64,000 bases of DNA from Spirochaetia bacterium. Its GTDB lineage: Bacteria; Spirochaetota; Spirochaetia; SZUA-6; Bin103. Under the pieces are notes generated by a model that saw nothing but the letters and a program-made list of their open reading frames with translations, made no database searches and was not told the DNA's origin. The DNA lies in contig OZ241863.1 in the NCBI GenBank assembly GCA_965203055.1, positions 4,096,001 through 4,160,000 on the forward strand, read 5' to 3'. The position numbers and the translations under genes were made by a program. Shown here one piece after another: positions 9,316 to 19,273 of this stretch. Each line of letters opens with the position of its first letter. The first letter of the stretch is position 1.

Positions 9316-10212
9316 CTATTGATCAATCACGTCCTGGGCCATTTGTATAAAGGCGATGCCTTTATGGTTCTCGATCAGTTTGAATGCTGGGGTAGAGCCA
9401 AGTGTATGAATGCAGGAATGGTGAAGAGAAAGCACTGCTTGCTGCAGCTTGGGGTCATCTTCTAGCATATCTACTTTTAACCCTATCTTTCTGCAATACT
9501 CGGCAGATAAATGACGAGAATGTGTTTTCGTAACCGAATGATCTGCAAGTTCTTCGACTATCTTGCAGACTGTTGAGCACTCATCCTTTGCGCCGTTGAA
9601 CATGCCCCTCAAGAGCCAATCCCGTGTCATCTCTTTGCACCACGCAATGGCCTTCTCGCATTCACCGATCAACGTAGGGTTGTACTTGGCAATAATCAGT
9701 TGCCACAATGGCGTGGTGGAGTGATCCTTCTGTATTTCCTTCTTGGCTCGACAAAACTCTTCAAGAATACCATGCGCGGGTATGCCATAGATCTGAGGAT
9801 CTATCGGGCCCAAACTTGAGTGCTTGCCCATGATGATCTTTCTGCAGGCACATGCGACCATCGTGCCGGCTGACATTGCAAGCTGAGGGACGATGGCACG
9901 GATATCGGTGAACATCGAATGAAGATAGTCGACCAATGACTCCGTCGCCGCCGTATCGCCACCCGGGGTGTGGAGCACTAGATCCAGACCTTTACGTCGG
10001 TCAAGCTGGTAGATTACCGACATGAACCCGTTCTTGTCGGCGTCGTTGATCCCCACCCCGGGCAAGTTCGGCTTTTGCAGCCATCCGGAATAGTAAACGA
10101 TTGCGTTGCGCCCAGTACGTCTGTGTAGGGCACTCAAGTAACGCCGGCGGACGACGTCGTGGGCGTTATCGGTAGCTTTGATCTCGTTGAGGATCTCGTT
10201 CCAGTTTGGCAT
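9316..10212 (-). CDS. ClpP/SppA-like serine protease (SDH_sah / S49 family)
   Basis: LDLVLHTPGG, AMSAGT, SLGPIDPQ, THSRHL; start trimmed to MPNWNE. Confidence 0.85.
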   Translation of the reverse strand: MPNWNEILNEIKATDNAHDVVRRRYLSALHRRTGRNAIVYYSGWLQKPNLPGVGINDADKNGFMSVIYQLDRRKGLDLVLHTPGGDTAATESLVDYLHSMFTDIRAIVPQLAMSAGTMVACACRKIIMGKHSSLGPIDPQIYGIPAHGILEEFCRAKKEIQKDHSTTPLWQLIIAKYNPTLIGECEKAIAWCKEMTRDWLLRGMFNGAKDECSTVCKIVEELADHSVTKTHSRHLSAEYCRKIGLKVDMLEDDPKLQQAVLSLHHSCIHTLGSTPAFKLIENHKGIAFIQMAQDVIDQ

Positions 10213-10375
10213 GGCCCCCGCCGTTCGCCTTTGAGGTGGACTCTGCAGAGAAGAAAACAATCCGGCGACGGTCTGTGGCCGGGGCATCAACCGGTATCAT
10301 GTTCGGTGCTACCGGTCCCGGAGCAACGGGGAGCTTGAGTAACTCGAATACCCGCTCGATTTCTCGCTGGCTCAT
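10166..10375 (-). CDS. Small hypothetical protein overlapping the protease start
   Basis: GGAGG RBS before MSQREIER; 69 aa; same low-GC patch. Confidence 0.4.
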   Translation of the reverse strand: MSQREIERVFELLKLPVAPGPVAPNMIPVDAPATDRRRIVFFSAESTSKANGGGHAKLERDPQRDQSYR

Positions 10376-10429
10376 GGCGTCCTCCAAACTACGATGATGA
10401 ATCAAGATACCCCAGGCTGGTTCTCGTGT

Positions 10430-11335
10430 CTACCAATTGGGGCCGTCGGGCGTGGGGAGTCCGAGGGCGCGCGCTGCCCATGGCAGGGCGGTGCGAAGCT
10501 GTTGGGCTTGCACTTTGCGCACCCGCGGCGCGGTGGGGATTGGGGGCTTGCCGGCGTGTTCGGCGAAGTAACCGCTGATTACGGCCGCCAACGGCCCGCC
10601 GTGCGGCAGGATCTCCTCCGGCGCCGGGCCGCCTTCGGCGTGCAGGCTCGGCAACCAGCAGGCGATATCGACGTCGGGTGCGGCGAGCACGGCGTGGTTC
10701 CAGTCCACCAGCAGCGCCTGCCCGCCGCGGAAGCAGAGGTTGTCGCTGCGTACGTCCATGTGGGTGGGATACGGCCCGTCGAGCTGCGCGCCCTCCGCGG
10801 CGGCAATGAGCGCGCCGGCGCTGCCGCGCAGCCAGCGCTTCGAAGCCAAGCCCAGGGCCAGAAACTCCGCCGGCGCCGCCGCCGCCCTCCGCCAGCTTCC
10901 GGCCAGTTCGGGATTTGTGGCGCTCAGCGGCGGCAGCGCCCCACCCGGGTCGGCGGCGCGGAGCCGGGCCAGCGCCGCGAGCACCTGATCGATGCCGGCG
11001 GCGTCCCAGGGCGGCGGCCAGCGGCAATCACTCAAGTCCTCCAGCAGCAACAGCGGTCGGGCGCCATCGTCCCAGCCGCGCGCGGCCGGCATGAAGTCAC
11101 GCCGCCCCAGGGCGGCGTATACCTTCCGTTCCGTCCGCAGCCAGCCGGCGGTCAACGGGTCGCCGCCGATCTTGGCGAACACCCGGCGCCCGTCCGCCAG
11201 CGTCACGCTCCAGCGCTCCGCCGGGGAGTATCCGCCAACCGCGCGCCGGAATCGGACCGCCGGCGCGCCCGCCAAGGCGTTGATGCGCGCAACGTCGGCG
11301 GCGGCAGGCTGATCCGAGGAGCCAATGCCACGCAT
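10430..11335 (-). CDS. Aminoglycoside phosphotransferase (APH)-like kinase
   Basis: VFAK, LLLLEDL, HMDVRSDN, LVDW motifs. Confidence 0.8.
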   Translation of the reverse strand: MRGIGSSDQPAAADVARINALAGAPAVRFRRAVGGYSPAERWSVTLADGRRVFAKIGGDPLTAGWLRTERKVYAALGRRDFMPAARGWDDGARPLLLLEDLSDCRWPPPWDAAGIDQVLAALARLRAADPGGALPPLSATNPELAGSWRRAAAAPAEFLALGLASKRWLRGSAGALIAAAEGAQLDGPYPTHMDVRSDNLCFRGGQALLVDWNHAVLAAPDVDIACWLPSLHAEGGPAPEEILPHGGPLAAVISGYFAEHAGKPPIPTAPRVRKVQAQQLRTALPWAARALGLPTPDGPNW

Positions 11336-11478
11336 GGCGCAGGGTTATACCGGGGCCGGATGGACGGAAGCAACATGCAAAAGCACGGCGGACGAGACGC
11401 CGTTGGTAACGAACAAATGCATGACTCCGTTTCCACCCGGCCCGCGCCGCGGGCCCGGCGCGCGCGGGCGGCGGTTCG

Positions 11479-12219
11479 ATGAGCGAGACCGCGGCGCCGC
11501 CGGGAACGCCGCCGCCCTGCACGACCACCATCCGCGACCTGCCGAACGCGGAACGGCCGCGGGAGCGTCTGCTGGCCCTCGGCGCCGGCGCGCTCACCAA
11601 TTCCGAGCTGATCGCGATTCTGCTGCGCACCGGAATGCGCGGCGAGAACGTGCTCACCCTCGCGTCCCGGCTGCTGGCCGCCAGCTCCGGGCTGCACGGC
11701 CTGCTGCAGGCGTCGGCGGCCGAGCTGTGCGCCCTCAAGGGGATCAGCAAGGCAAAGGCCGCGCAGCTTCTCGCCGCGCTGGAACTGGGGCGGCGGGCGG
11801 TCAGCCTGGTGCCCGAGGAACGCGCGGTGATCCGTTCGCCCGATGACATCTACCACCTGATCGGCGCGGAACTGGCGCACCTGCCGCAGGAGAAGCTGTG
11901 CGTCGTGCTGCTCTCCACCAAGCAGGAGGTACTGCGGGTCTGCGACGTGTACCTGGGAACGGTGAACACCGCCTCGGTACGGGTGGCGGAAGTGCTGCGG
12001 CCGGCGATCAAGGAAAACTGCCCCAACTTCATCATGGCGCACAACCATCCGTCGGGAGACCCCACTCCCAGCCCGGAAGACATCCGCATTACGCGCCGAC
12101 TGGTGGCGAGCGCCGCCGCCATGGACATCGAGCTGCAGGATCACCTGGTGGTCGGCGCGCGCGGCTACGTCAGCATGAAGCAGCGCTGCCTGGGCTTCGA
12201 CGACTCGCCCGGCGGCTGA
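11479..12219 (+). CDS. radC: RadC / JAB-domain protein
   Basis: ERPRERL, LTNSELIAILLRTG, AHNHPSGDPTPSPED, LQDHLVV. Confidence 0.92.
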   Translation: MSETAAPPGTPPPCTTTIRDLPNAERPRERLLALGAGALTNSELIAILLRTGMRGENVLTLASRLLAASSGLHGLLQASAAELCALKGISKAKAAQLLAALELGRRAVSLVPEERAVIRSPDDIYHLIGAELAHLPQEKLCVVLLSTKQEVLRVCDVYLGTVNTASVRVAEVLRPAIKENCPNFIMAHNHPSGDPTPSPEDIRITRRLVASAAAMDIELQDHLVVGARGYVSMKQRCLGFDDSPGG

Positions 12220-12250
12220 GCCGAGCGCCGCCGGCGGCGGCCATCACCCG

Positions 12251-12826
12251 TCACAGGTCGAGCTCGGCCGCCAGTTGCGCCGCGGCCTCGCGCATGAACA
12301 CGATCTTCGGTTCGGCCATGGCGCGGGCGCGGGCGAAGTGGAAGGTGTCGGCGTAGCTGAGCCGCTCCCGGATCAGCTCCAGCACCTCCTGCATGGTCTT
12401 GTAGTGATGCCAGAAGAAGGCGCCGATCGCGAGCCGCGCGAACCCGATCGCCCCCATGGTGTCGAGCAGGTTGGCGTCGTACAGCAGTTGGCCTTCCACC
12501 GTAGCGGGCCGGCTGCCCGGGCGGTGCTGGCGAATCGCCTGGATCACTAACTGGGTACGCTCCGGCGGGAAGCCGGTTTCCGCCAGGATCAGCTCCGCCT
12601 TTTCCGCCGCCTCGGCCAGCCGCCGCGCCGGGATCTCGATGTTATGCAGAAAGCAGGCGGCATGCAGGACGTCGTCGTCGTACTGCTCATCCGCGCCGAT
12701 CTCCCGCGCCAGGTGGTAGACCCGGTAGGCATGCTCGAACCCGGACGCCAGCCGGCCCGCGGTCAGGTCCTTTACGTACTGGACAATCAACTTGCGCACC
12801 GGTGCAGTGTAACGTCCGGCGGGCAT
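12251..12826 (-). CDS. HD-domain phosphohydrolase-like protein
   Basis: EHAYRVY...LHN (HD variant)...IRQH...LYDANLLDTMGAIGFAR; the true start may be slightly downstream. Confidence 0.7.
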   Translation of the reverse strand: MPAGRYTAPVRKLIVQYVKDLTAGRLASGFEHAYRVYHLAREIGADEQYDDDVLHAACFLHNIEIPARRLAEAAEKAELILAETGFPPERTQLVIQAIRQHRPGSRPATVEGQLLYDANLLDTMGAIGFARLAIGAFFWHHYKTMQEVLELIRERLSYADTFHFARARAMAEPKIVFMREAAAQLAAELDL

Positions 12827-12862
12827 CTTGACACGCTAAATCCGCAATCCCTAGGGTCAGCC

Positions 12863-14761
12863 ATGGTTGTCGTCCTCGACCGCGGCGTCACCGAAAGCCA
12901 GAAGCGCTCGGTGCGCGAACATCTCGCGGCGCATCGCTACCAGATCCGCGAGTTGCGCCAGGACGGCGAGACGCTCCTCGGAGCGGTGGGCGGCGACCCG
13001 CTCGATCAGCGCGAGGTGGAGCTGCTGCCCGGAGTTTCCCAGGTCGTTCCTCTCAGCCAGCCCTACAAGCTCGCCTCGCGTGAGTTCAAGCGCGAGGAGA
13101 CCGTGATCCCGGTCGGACCGGTCAAGGTGGGAAGTGGCCGCCTGGCGGTAATCGCCGGCCCCTGCGCGGTGGAATCGCGCGACCAGATATTCGAAGTGGC
13201 GGCCATGCTCAAGGAGTCGGGGGCGGTGGGGCTGCGCGGCGGGGCCTTCAAGCCGCGCACGTCTCCCTACTCGTTTCAGGGTCTGGGCCAGCCGGGGATC
13301 GAGCTGCTGAAGCAGGCCGGCGAGCGTTACGGGTTGCCGGTCGTTTCGGAGGTGGTAGCGACCGAGCATCTGGCGGCCGCGGCCGAGTGCCTGGACGTGC
13401 TCCAGGTGGGCGCGCGCAACATGCAGAACTTCGAGCTCCTCAAGCGGGTCGGAGAGATCGGCAAGCCGGTGCTGCTCAAGCGCGGTCTGGCGGCCACCAT
13501 CGAAGACCTCCTGATGTCCGCCGAATACCTGCTGGCGCACGGCACCGACGCGGTGATTCTGTGCGAGCGCGGCATTCGCACCTTCGAGACCTATACCCGC
13601 AACACTCTCGATCTGTCCGCCATCCCGGTGGTCAAGAAGCTCTGTCACCTGCCGATCTTCGTCGATCCCAGCCACGGTACCGGCATGCGCGACAAGGTCG
13701 GGCCGATGGCCCTCGCCGCGGTGGCGGCCGGCGCCGACGGGATTCTGGTGGAAGTGCACCCCGATCCCGAAGCGGCGCTTTCGGACGGCCCCCAGTCGCT
13801 GTATCCCGCCCAGTTCGAGAAGCTGATGCGCGACGTGGAGCGGCTGGCGCCGGTGCTGCGCAAGGAAGTGCTGCGGCTGCCGCGCGCCGCACGCCGGCGC
13901 CGGGCGGCGGCGGCGGACCATGCCGCGGCGGTGACGGTGGCATTTCAGGGCGAACGCGGCGCCCACAGCGAGAACGCCATCTACCGCTACTTCTCCCACC
14001 CGCAGCCGGTGCCGGGCCGGGAGTTCAGGGACGTGTTCCGCAAGGTACTGGACGGTTCGGTGGATTACGGGCTGCTGCCGATCGAGAACTCGCTCACCGG
14101 TTCGATCCACCAGAACTACGACCTGTTGCTGCAGTTTCCCGACATCCGCATCGTAGGCGAGATTACGACCCGCATCGTGTGGTGCCTGATTGGCGTGCCG
14201 GGCGCCGCCACCGCCCGCATCCGCCGGGTGTACTCGCACCCGCAGGGGCTCGCCCAGTGCGCTCAGTTCCTGGCCGGCTTTCCCGAGTGGGAGGAGGTGG
14301 CGTTCTACGACACCGCCGGCGCCGTGGCCGAGGTGGCGCGCGCCGGCGACGCGGCCCAGGCCGCGCTGGCCGGGGCGTCGGCCGCGCGCGAGCACGGCAT
14401 GACGATACTGGCGGAAGGAATCGAAACCAACAGCCGGAACTACACCCGCTTCGTGATCCTGGCGCGCGACGACCACGCCGCGGCGCCCGATCCTACGCGC
14501 GCCTCGATCGTGTTCTCCACCCGCGACGAGCCGGGCAGCCTGTTCCGGGTGCTGCAGGTGCTGGCCGACCACCATCTGAACATGAAGAAGCTGGAGTCGC
14601 GGCCGATTCCCGGCCGCCCCTGGGAGTACATGTTCTACGTCGATCTGGATCTGCCCGCCGAGCGCGGCCAGTTCGAGCGCGCCATGGAGCAGGTGCGCGC
14701 CGCCGCGGCCAGCTACCGCCTGCTCGGCAGATACCGCTCCGGGCCGCACCGCGCCGCCTGA
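12863..14761 (+). CDS. aroF: Fused DAHP synthase (type I-beta) / prephenate dehydratase with ACT domain
   Basis: [28 protein letters not shown]; then [25 protein letters not shown]. Confidence 0.9.
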   Translation: MVVVLDRGVTESQKRSVREHLAAHRYQIRELRQDGETLLGAVGGDPLDQREVELLPGVSQVVPLSQPYKLASREFKREETVIPVGPVKVGSGRLAVIAGPCAVESRDQIFEVAAMLKESGAVGLRGGAFKPRTSPYSFQGLGQPGIELLKQAGERYGLPVVSEVVATEHLAAAAECLDVLQVGARNMQNFELLKRVGEIGKPVLLKRGLAATIEDLLMSAEYLLAHGTDAVILCERGIRTFETYTRNTLDLSAIPVVKKLCHLPIFVDPSHGTGMRDKVGPMALAAVAAGADGILVEVHPDPEAALSDGPQSLYPAQFEKLMRDVERLAPVLRKEVLRLPRAARRRRAAAADHAAAVTVAFQGERGAHSENAIYRYFSHPQPVPGREFRDVFRKVLDGSVDYGLLPIENSLTGSIHQNYDLLLQFPDIRIVGEITTRIVWCLIGVPGAATARIRRVYSHPQGLAQCAQFLAGFPEWEEVAFYDTAGAVAEVARAGDAAQAALAGASAAREHGMTILAEGIETNSRNYTRFVILARDDHAAAPDPTRASIVFSTRDEPGSLFRVLQVLADHHLNMKKLESRPIPGRPWEYMFYVDLDLPAERGQFERAMEQVRAAAASYRLLGRYRSGPHRAA

Positions 14762-14903
14762 TCTACCGCTTCCGCAACCGCCCGCACCCCTCCCCAGCCC
14801 CCTCCCCCTGGTGGCGGACGCACGGCGCCCGCACTGCCGGGAACGGACACGCCGGCGTCTCACTCGAAAAAGCGCCGCCGACAAACGGGTCGTTGTTGGC
14901 AGT

Positions 14904-15734
14904 ATGATGCGCAATCTACGAGTTCGGCCCGCCGCGCGGGCCATGGTTACGGCCCTGCTGGCCGGCGGCGCCGCGGCGCTGGCCGGGTGCAATCCCTGGC
15001 AGGAGCAACGGCTGGTGCAGCTCCCGCAGGTACCGCCGGCGTGGCGCCACTTCGAGGTGGCGCTGCAGCTCACGGTGGTGGATGGCCGCGATGGCCGCGA
15101 GCAGCGGCTGCCCGCCGCGGCGCGGCCCGGCGCCCGGGTGGCGCTGCCGGCAGGGCGTTACGCGGCAACGGCAATCATTGCCCAACCGCTGATCGTCGGA
15201 CCGGCGCCGGGCGCCGGCTCCGCCGGGCCGGCCGCGGACCCGGCGGCGGCCAGATTGCTGCGCCCGGCGGGGGCCGTGGTGGCGGTCGGCGACGCGCACT
15301 CGGAAGCGATCGAGGTCACCTGGGAGCGCGGCCTGCTGGCCAGCCTGGTGCGCGACCTGTGGCGCGGCGGCACCAATCCGTGGCTGCTCAACCTGGAGCG
15401 CCTGGATCGGGAGATTGCCGCGCGCGCGGCGGGCGACCCGTGGTCGCTGGACCGGGGCGCCATCCTTGCGGCGCTGGAAGCGGACGCGATGAGCCTCGCG
15501 GCGCTACGCCCGCTGCCGATGCGCAGCATCGGCCTCGAGCTTCCGGCCGGGCGCTGGGTATGGTGGAACCCCTTTGCGCCGCCCCTGCTGAGCGACGGAA
15601 GCACCCCGCTGGCCGCGCTCGCGCCCGACGGCTACCACCTGCTGCTCGGCGACGACGGCCAGGCGCTGGCGCTGCAGGTGGATGGCAACGGCGCCGTGCT
15701 GACCACGCCGGCGGCCCCCGGCTTCGCCCCGTGA
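14904..15734 (+). CDS. Hypothetical lipoprotein
   Basis: Basic N-terminus, hydrophobic stretch and LAGC lipobox; lies in the aroF-gph run. Confidence 0.6.
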   Translation: MMRNLRVRPAARAMVTALLAGGAAALAGCNPWQEQRLVQLPQVPPAWRHFEVALQLTVVDGRDGREQRLPAAARPGARVALPAGRYAATAIIAQPLIVGPAPGAGSAGPAADPAAARLLRPAGAVVAVGDAHSEAIEVTWERGLLASLVRDLWRGGTNPWLLNLERLDREIAARAAGDPWSLDRGAILAALEADAMSLAALRPLPMRSIGLELPAGRWVWWNPFAPPLLSDGSTPLAALAPDGYHLLLGDDGQALALQVDGNGAVLTTPAAPGFAP

Positions 15735-15769
15735 CGCGGGGCCGGCCCGGCGCATAAGATGGCTACCTC

Positions 15770-16459
15770 TTGCGCGCGCTCCGCTCGCCGCCGGCAGCGG
15801 CGGTGATCTTCGATCTGGACGGTACGCTGGTCGATTCACTGCCCGACTTGGCCGCGGCCATGAACGACACCCTGAGAGAGCTGGGCCATGCCGCCCATCC
15901 GGTGGCCTTCTACCGCCCGCTCGTCGGCGGCGGCATCGAGGAGATGATCGCCGGCGCCCTGCCGCCCGGTGGCCGCGGCCCGCGCCGGGTAGCGGCCGCG
16001 CACGCCCTGATGCGCGTCCACTACTGCGCGCACGCGCTGCGCACCACCCGCCCCTACCCGGGCATCCGCTGGCTGCTGGCGGAGCTGATGCGGCGCCGCG
16101 TGCCGCTGGCGGTGCTCTCCAACAAGCTGCACGAGGATACCCGGCGCGTGGTAGGCGGCGTCTTTCCGGGGGTGCCGTTCCGGGCGGTGCTGGGCCTGCA
16201 GCCGCCGCGCGCGGCGAAGCCCGACCCGGCCGGCGTGTTGGCCGCGGCGCGCCTGCTGCGCCTGCCCCCGCGGCAACTGCTGCTGGTGGGCGACGGCGAA
16301 ACCGACATGCTGGCCGCGCGCCGCAGCGGCGCGCGGCCGCTCGGCGTGACCTGGGGCTACCGCAGCGCCCGCGCGCTGCTCGCCGCCGGCGCCGCCCGCC
16401 TGCTGCCGCACCCGCGCGCGGTGCGCGACTACCTGGCGCAGTGCCGGCGCGCGCCGTAG
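15770..16459 (+). CDS. gph: HAD-family phosphatase (phosphoglycolate phosphatase-like)
   Basis: FDLDGTLVDS, SNK, KPDP, VGDGETD. Confidence 0.85.
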   Translation: MRALRSPPAAAVIFDLDGTLVDSLPDLAAAMNDTLRELGHAAHPVAFYRPLVGGGIEEMIAGALPPGGRGPRRVAAAHALMRVHYCAHALRTTRPYPGIRWLLAELMRRRVPLAVLSNKLHEDTRRVVGGVFPGVPFRAVLGLQPPRAAKPDPAGVLAAARLLRLPPRQLLLVGDGETDMLAARRSGARPLGVTWGYRSARALLAAGAARLLPHPRAVRDYLAQCRRAP

Positions 16460-16490
16460 GCGCCGCGCAGCAGGCCGAGACGAGCCGCGG

Positions 16491-17822
16491 TCAGGGCCGG
16501 ACGCGCTTGCGGTCGCGCGGGAACAGGGTGGCCTGCTTGACGCTGGCCAGACCGAGAATGGTCTGGGTGAGGCGCTCCAGGCCGATGGCGAAGCCGCCGT
16601 GCGGGGGGCAGCCGTAGCGGAATACCGACAGGTAGTCGGACATCGCGGCCGGGTCCAGGCCGAAGCGGCGCAGGTTCTCGACCAGCGCGGCGTAATCGTT
16701 GATGCGGCGCCCGCCGGAAGTGATCTCCTGGCCGCGGAACAGCAGGTCGAACGACATGGTCCGGTTACCCGCGCTGGGGTAGGTATAGAAGGGCCGCTTG
16801 CGCCGCGGGTAGCCGTACACGAACACCGCCTCGACGCCGTGTTCCGCCGCCGCCCAGTCGCACAGCGCCCGCTCCCCTTCCGGGCTGATCTCGCGCAGCC
16901 GGCGGCCGCCGGCTGCGCCCGCTACCTCGCACGCGTGATCGTGGCTGAGACGCGGAATCGCGGCCACCGCGGCGGCGTCCGGCACCTGCGCGGCCCAGCG
17001 CGCCAGAATCTCGGCCGAGGAGCGCCGCAGGCCGCCGAAGATGGCGCCGAGCAGCCGCTGCTCCAGGTCCATCAGATCATGTTCGCTGTCGATGAACGCC
17101 AGTTCCACGTCCAGCGAGACGTACTCGTTGACGTGGCGCGGAGTGTCGTGCTTCTCGGCGCGGTACGCCATGCCGATCTCGAATACCCGTTCCAGCCCCG
17201 CCGCCACCAGCGCCTGCTTGTAGAGCTGCGGCGACTGCGCCAGGTACACGGTACGGTCGAAGTATTCCACCGCGAACAGGCCGGTGCCGCCCTCGGTGCC
17301 GCTGCCGATCAGCTTGGACGACTTTATCTCGGTGAACTCCTCGGCGCGCAGATGGTCGGCGAACAGCCGCACGATCTCGGCCTGCAGGCGGAAGATCGAC
17401 AGCGTCTTCGGGTTGCGCAGGCTCACCATGCGGTGCTCCAACAGGGCGTCCAGGCTGAGTTGGCCCGGGTCCCGGTTCACCGCCAGCGGCAGTTCCGCGG
17501 CCGCGGCGGAGATCACCGCCAGCGCTTCGGCCTGCACTTCGTAGCCGCCCGGCGCCTTGTCGTTGGCGGCCACCACGCCGCGCACCTCGACCACCGACTC
17601 CAGGGTGATCGGATTGCCGGCCGCATCGGTGGGCGCCCGGCGGAACACCGCCTGACACAGCCCCGAACGGTCGCGCAGCAGCAGGAAGCACACCCCGCCG
17701 AGGTCGCGCCGGCGGTGCACCCAGCCGCGCAGCAGCACGCCGGCGCCGGCGTGGCGCGCCAACGCCGCGGCCAGGACGCGGCCGCCGCCCGCCGCGGCGG
17801 GTGCGCCGGCGCCGGCGCTCAT
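16491..17822 (-). CDS. aspS: Aspartate--tRNA(Asn) ligase, non-discriminating archaeal type
   Basis: LAQSPQLYKQ, YRAEKHDTPRHVNEY, GCPPHGGFAIGLER, FPRD; 443 aa with no GAD insert; in the gat operon. Confidence 0.9.
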   Translation of the reverse strand: MSAGAGAPAAAGGGRVLAAALARHAGAGVLLRGWVHRRRDLGGVCFLLLRDRSGLCQAVFRRAPTDAAGNPITLESVVEVRGVVAANDKAPGGYEVQAEALAVISAAAAELPLAVNRDPGQLSLDALLEHRMVSLRNPKTLSIFRLQAEIVRLFADHLRAEEFTEIKSSKLIGSGTEGGTGLFAVEYFDRTVYLAQSPQLYKQALVAAGLERVFEIGMAYRAEKHDTPRHVNEYVSLDVELAFIDSEHDLMDLEQRLLGAIFGGLRRSSAEILARWAAQVPDAAAVAAIPRLSHDHACEVAGAAGGRRLREISPEGERALCDWAAAEHGVEAVFVYGYPRRKRPFYTYPSAGNRTMSFDLLFRGQEITSGGRRINDYAALVENLRRFGLDPAAMSDYLSVFRYGCPPHGGFAIGLERLTQTILGLASVKQATLFPRDRKRVRP

Positions 17823-19273
17823 CCTTCCGCCTCCGGCGCCGCCGGGCGCGCGTACAACGCGTCGATCAGGGCATGCAGCCGCTCGGGATCGGCGCGGCCG
17901 GCGGTGTGGCGCATCACCTGACCCACCAGGAACCCGACCGGCTTGCGGTCTCCCGCCTCGATCTGCCCGCCGACGCGCGGGTGCTCGGCCAGCACCCGGT
18001 CCAGAATCGACTGCAGCTCGGCGGCCGCGGTGATCCGGTGCAGGCCCTCCTCGGCCACGATCGCCTGCGGGTCGCGGTTCTGCTCGATCACCGCCGCCAG
18101 CACCTGCTTGGCGATCTTGCCGCTCACCGCGCCGGACGCCAACAGCTCCAGCAGCGCCGCCAGCCGCGCCGGGGTCAGGTGACTGGCGGCCAGGGTCTCG
18201 CGCCGGCGGTTGAGATGCTTGCGGATGTCGGCGCCCAGCCAGCGCGCGGCCAGCGCCGGAGCGCCGCCCGCGGCCACCGTCTGTTCGAAGAACCGGGCCG
18301 TGTCCGGCTCCGCGGTGAGGAACGCGGCCTGCTGCGGCGGCAGTTCATGCTGGCGTTGCAGGCGGTCGCGGCGCGCCAGCGGAAGCTCCACCAGACGTTT
18401 CTCCACCGCCGCCAGGAAGGCTTCGTCAGGACGGAACGGAGGCAGATCCGGCTCCGGGAAGTAGCGGTAATCGTCCTCGCTCTCCTTGACCCGCATCGGC
18501 TCGGTGCAGTCGCGGTTCTCGTTCCACAGCCGCGTCTCCACCGCCACCCGGTCGCCGCGCGCCAGCGCCGCGCTCTGGCGCTTGAGCTCGAACGCCAGGG
18601 CGTTGCGCACGAACTTGAAAGAGTTGAGATTCTTGATCTCCACCTTGTTGCCCAGTCCGGCGCCGGGGCGATTCACCGACACGTTGGCGTCGCAGCGGAG
18701 CGAGCCTTGCTCCATGTTGCCGTCGCATACCCCGAGGTAGCGCACCAAGCGGCGAAACTGCTCCAGAAACTGCTCGGCGGCGGCCGCGGCCGAAAGATCG
18801 GGCTGCGTGACCACCTCCACCAGCGGGGTGCCGGTGCGGTTGTAGTCGAGCAGCGACACGTCGCCGGCGTGGATCATCTTGCCGGCGTCCTCTTCCAGAT
18901 GCACCTCGCGGATCCCTACCGTCCGGCAGCGGCCATCGATCTCGGCCGCAAATCCGCCCGCCCGGCCCACCGGCGCCCCGTACTGGGAGATCTGGTAGTT
19001 CTTCGGCAGATCGGGATAGAAGTAGTTCTTGCGCTCGAACACGGTGCGCGGGCTCAGCTCGCAGCCCAGGGCGCGCGCCAGCAGGTAGGCTCCGAGCACC
19101 GCCTCGCGGTTCAGCGCCGGCATGGTGCCGGGGTAGCCGAGGCACACCGGACACACGTTCTCGTTGGGCCGGTCGCCGAACGCGTTGCGGCACTGGCAGA
19201 ACACCTTCGAGGCGGTGATCAGTTGGACGTGGATTTCGAGCCCGATGTGGGCCTGGAAGGCGCCGCCGGTCAT
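17819..19273 (-). CDS. gatB: Asp/Glu-tRNA amidotransferase subunit B
   Basis: IGLEIHVQL, RKNYFYPDLPKNYQISQ, LRCDANVS, DYRYFPEPDL. Confidence 0.95.
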   Translation of the reverse strand: MTGGAFQAHIGLEIHVQLITASKVFCQCRNAFGDRPNENVCPVCLGYPGTMPALNREAVLGAYLLARALGCELSPRTVFERKNYFYPDLPKNYQISQYGAPVGRAGGFAAEIDGRCRTVGIREVHLEEDAGKMIHAGDVSLLDYNRTGTPLVEVVTQPDLSAAAAAEQFLEQFRRLVRYLGVCDGNMEQGSLRCDANVSVNRPGAGLGNKVEIKNLNSFKFVRNALAFELKRQSAALARGDRVAVETRLWNENRDCTEPMRVKESEDDYRYFPEPDLPPFRPDEAFLAAVEKRLVELPLARRDRLQRQHELPPQQAAFLTAEPDTARFFEQTVAAGGAPALAARWLGADIRKHLNRRRETLAASHLTPARLAALLELLASGAVSGKIAKQVLAAVIEQNRDPQAIVAEEGLHRITAAAELQSILDRVLAEHPRVGGQIEAGDRKPVGFLVGQVMRHTAGRADPERLHALIDALYARPAAPEAEG

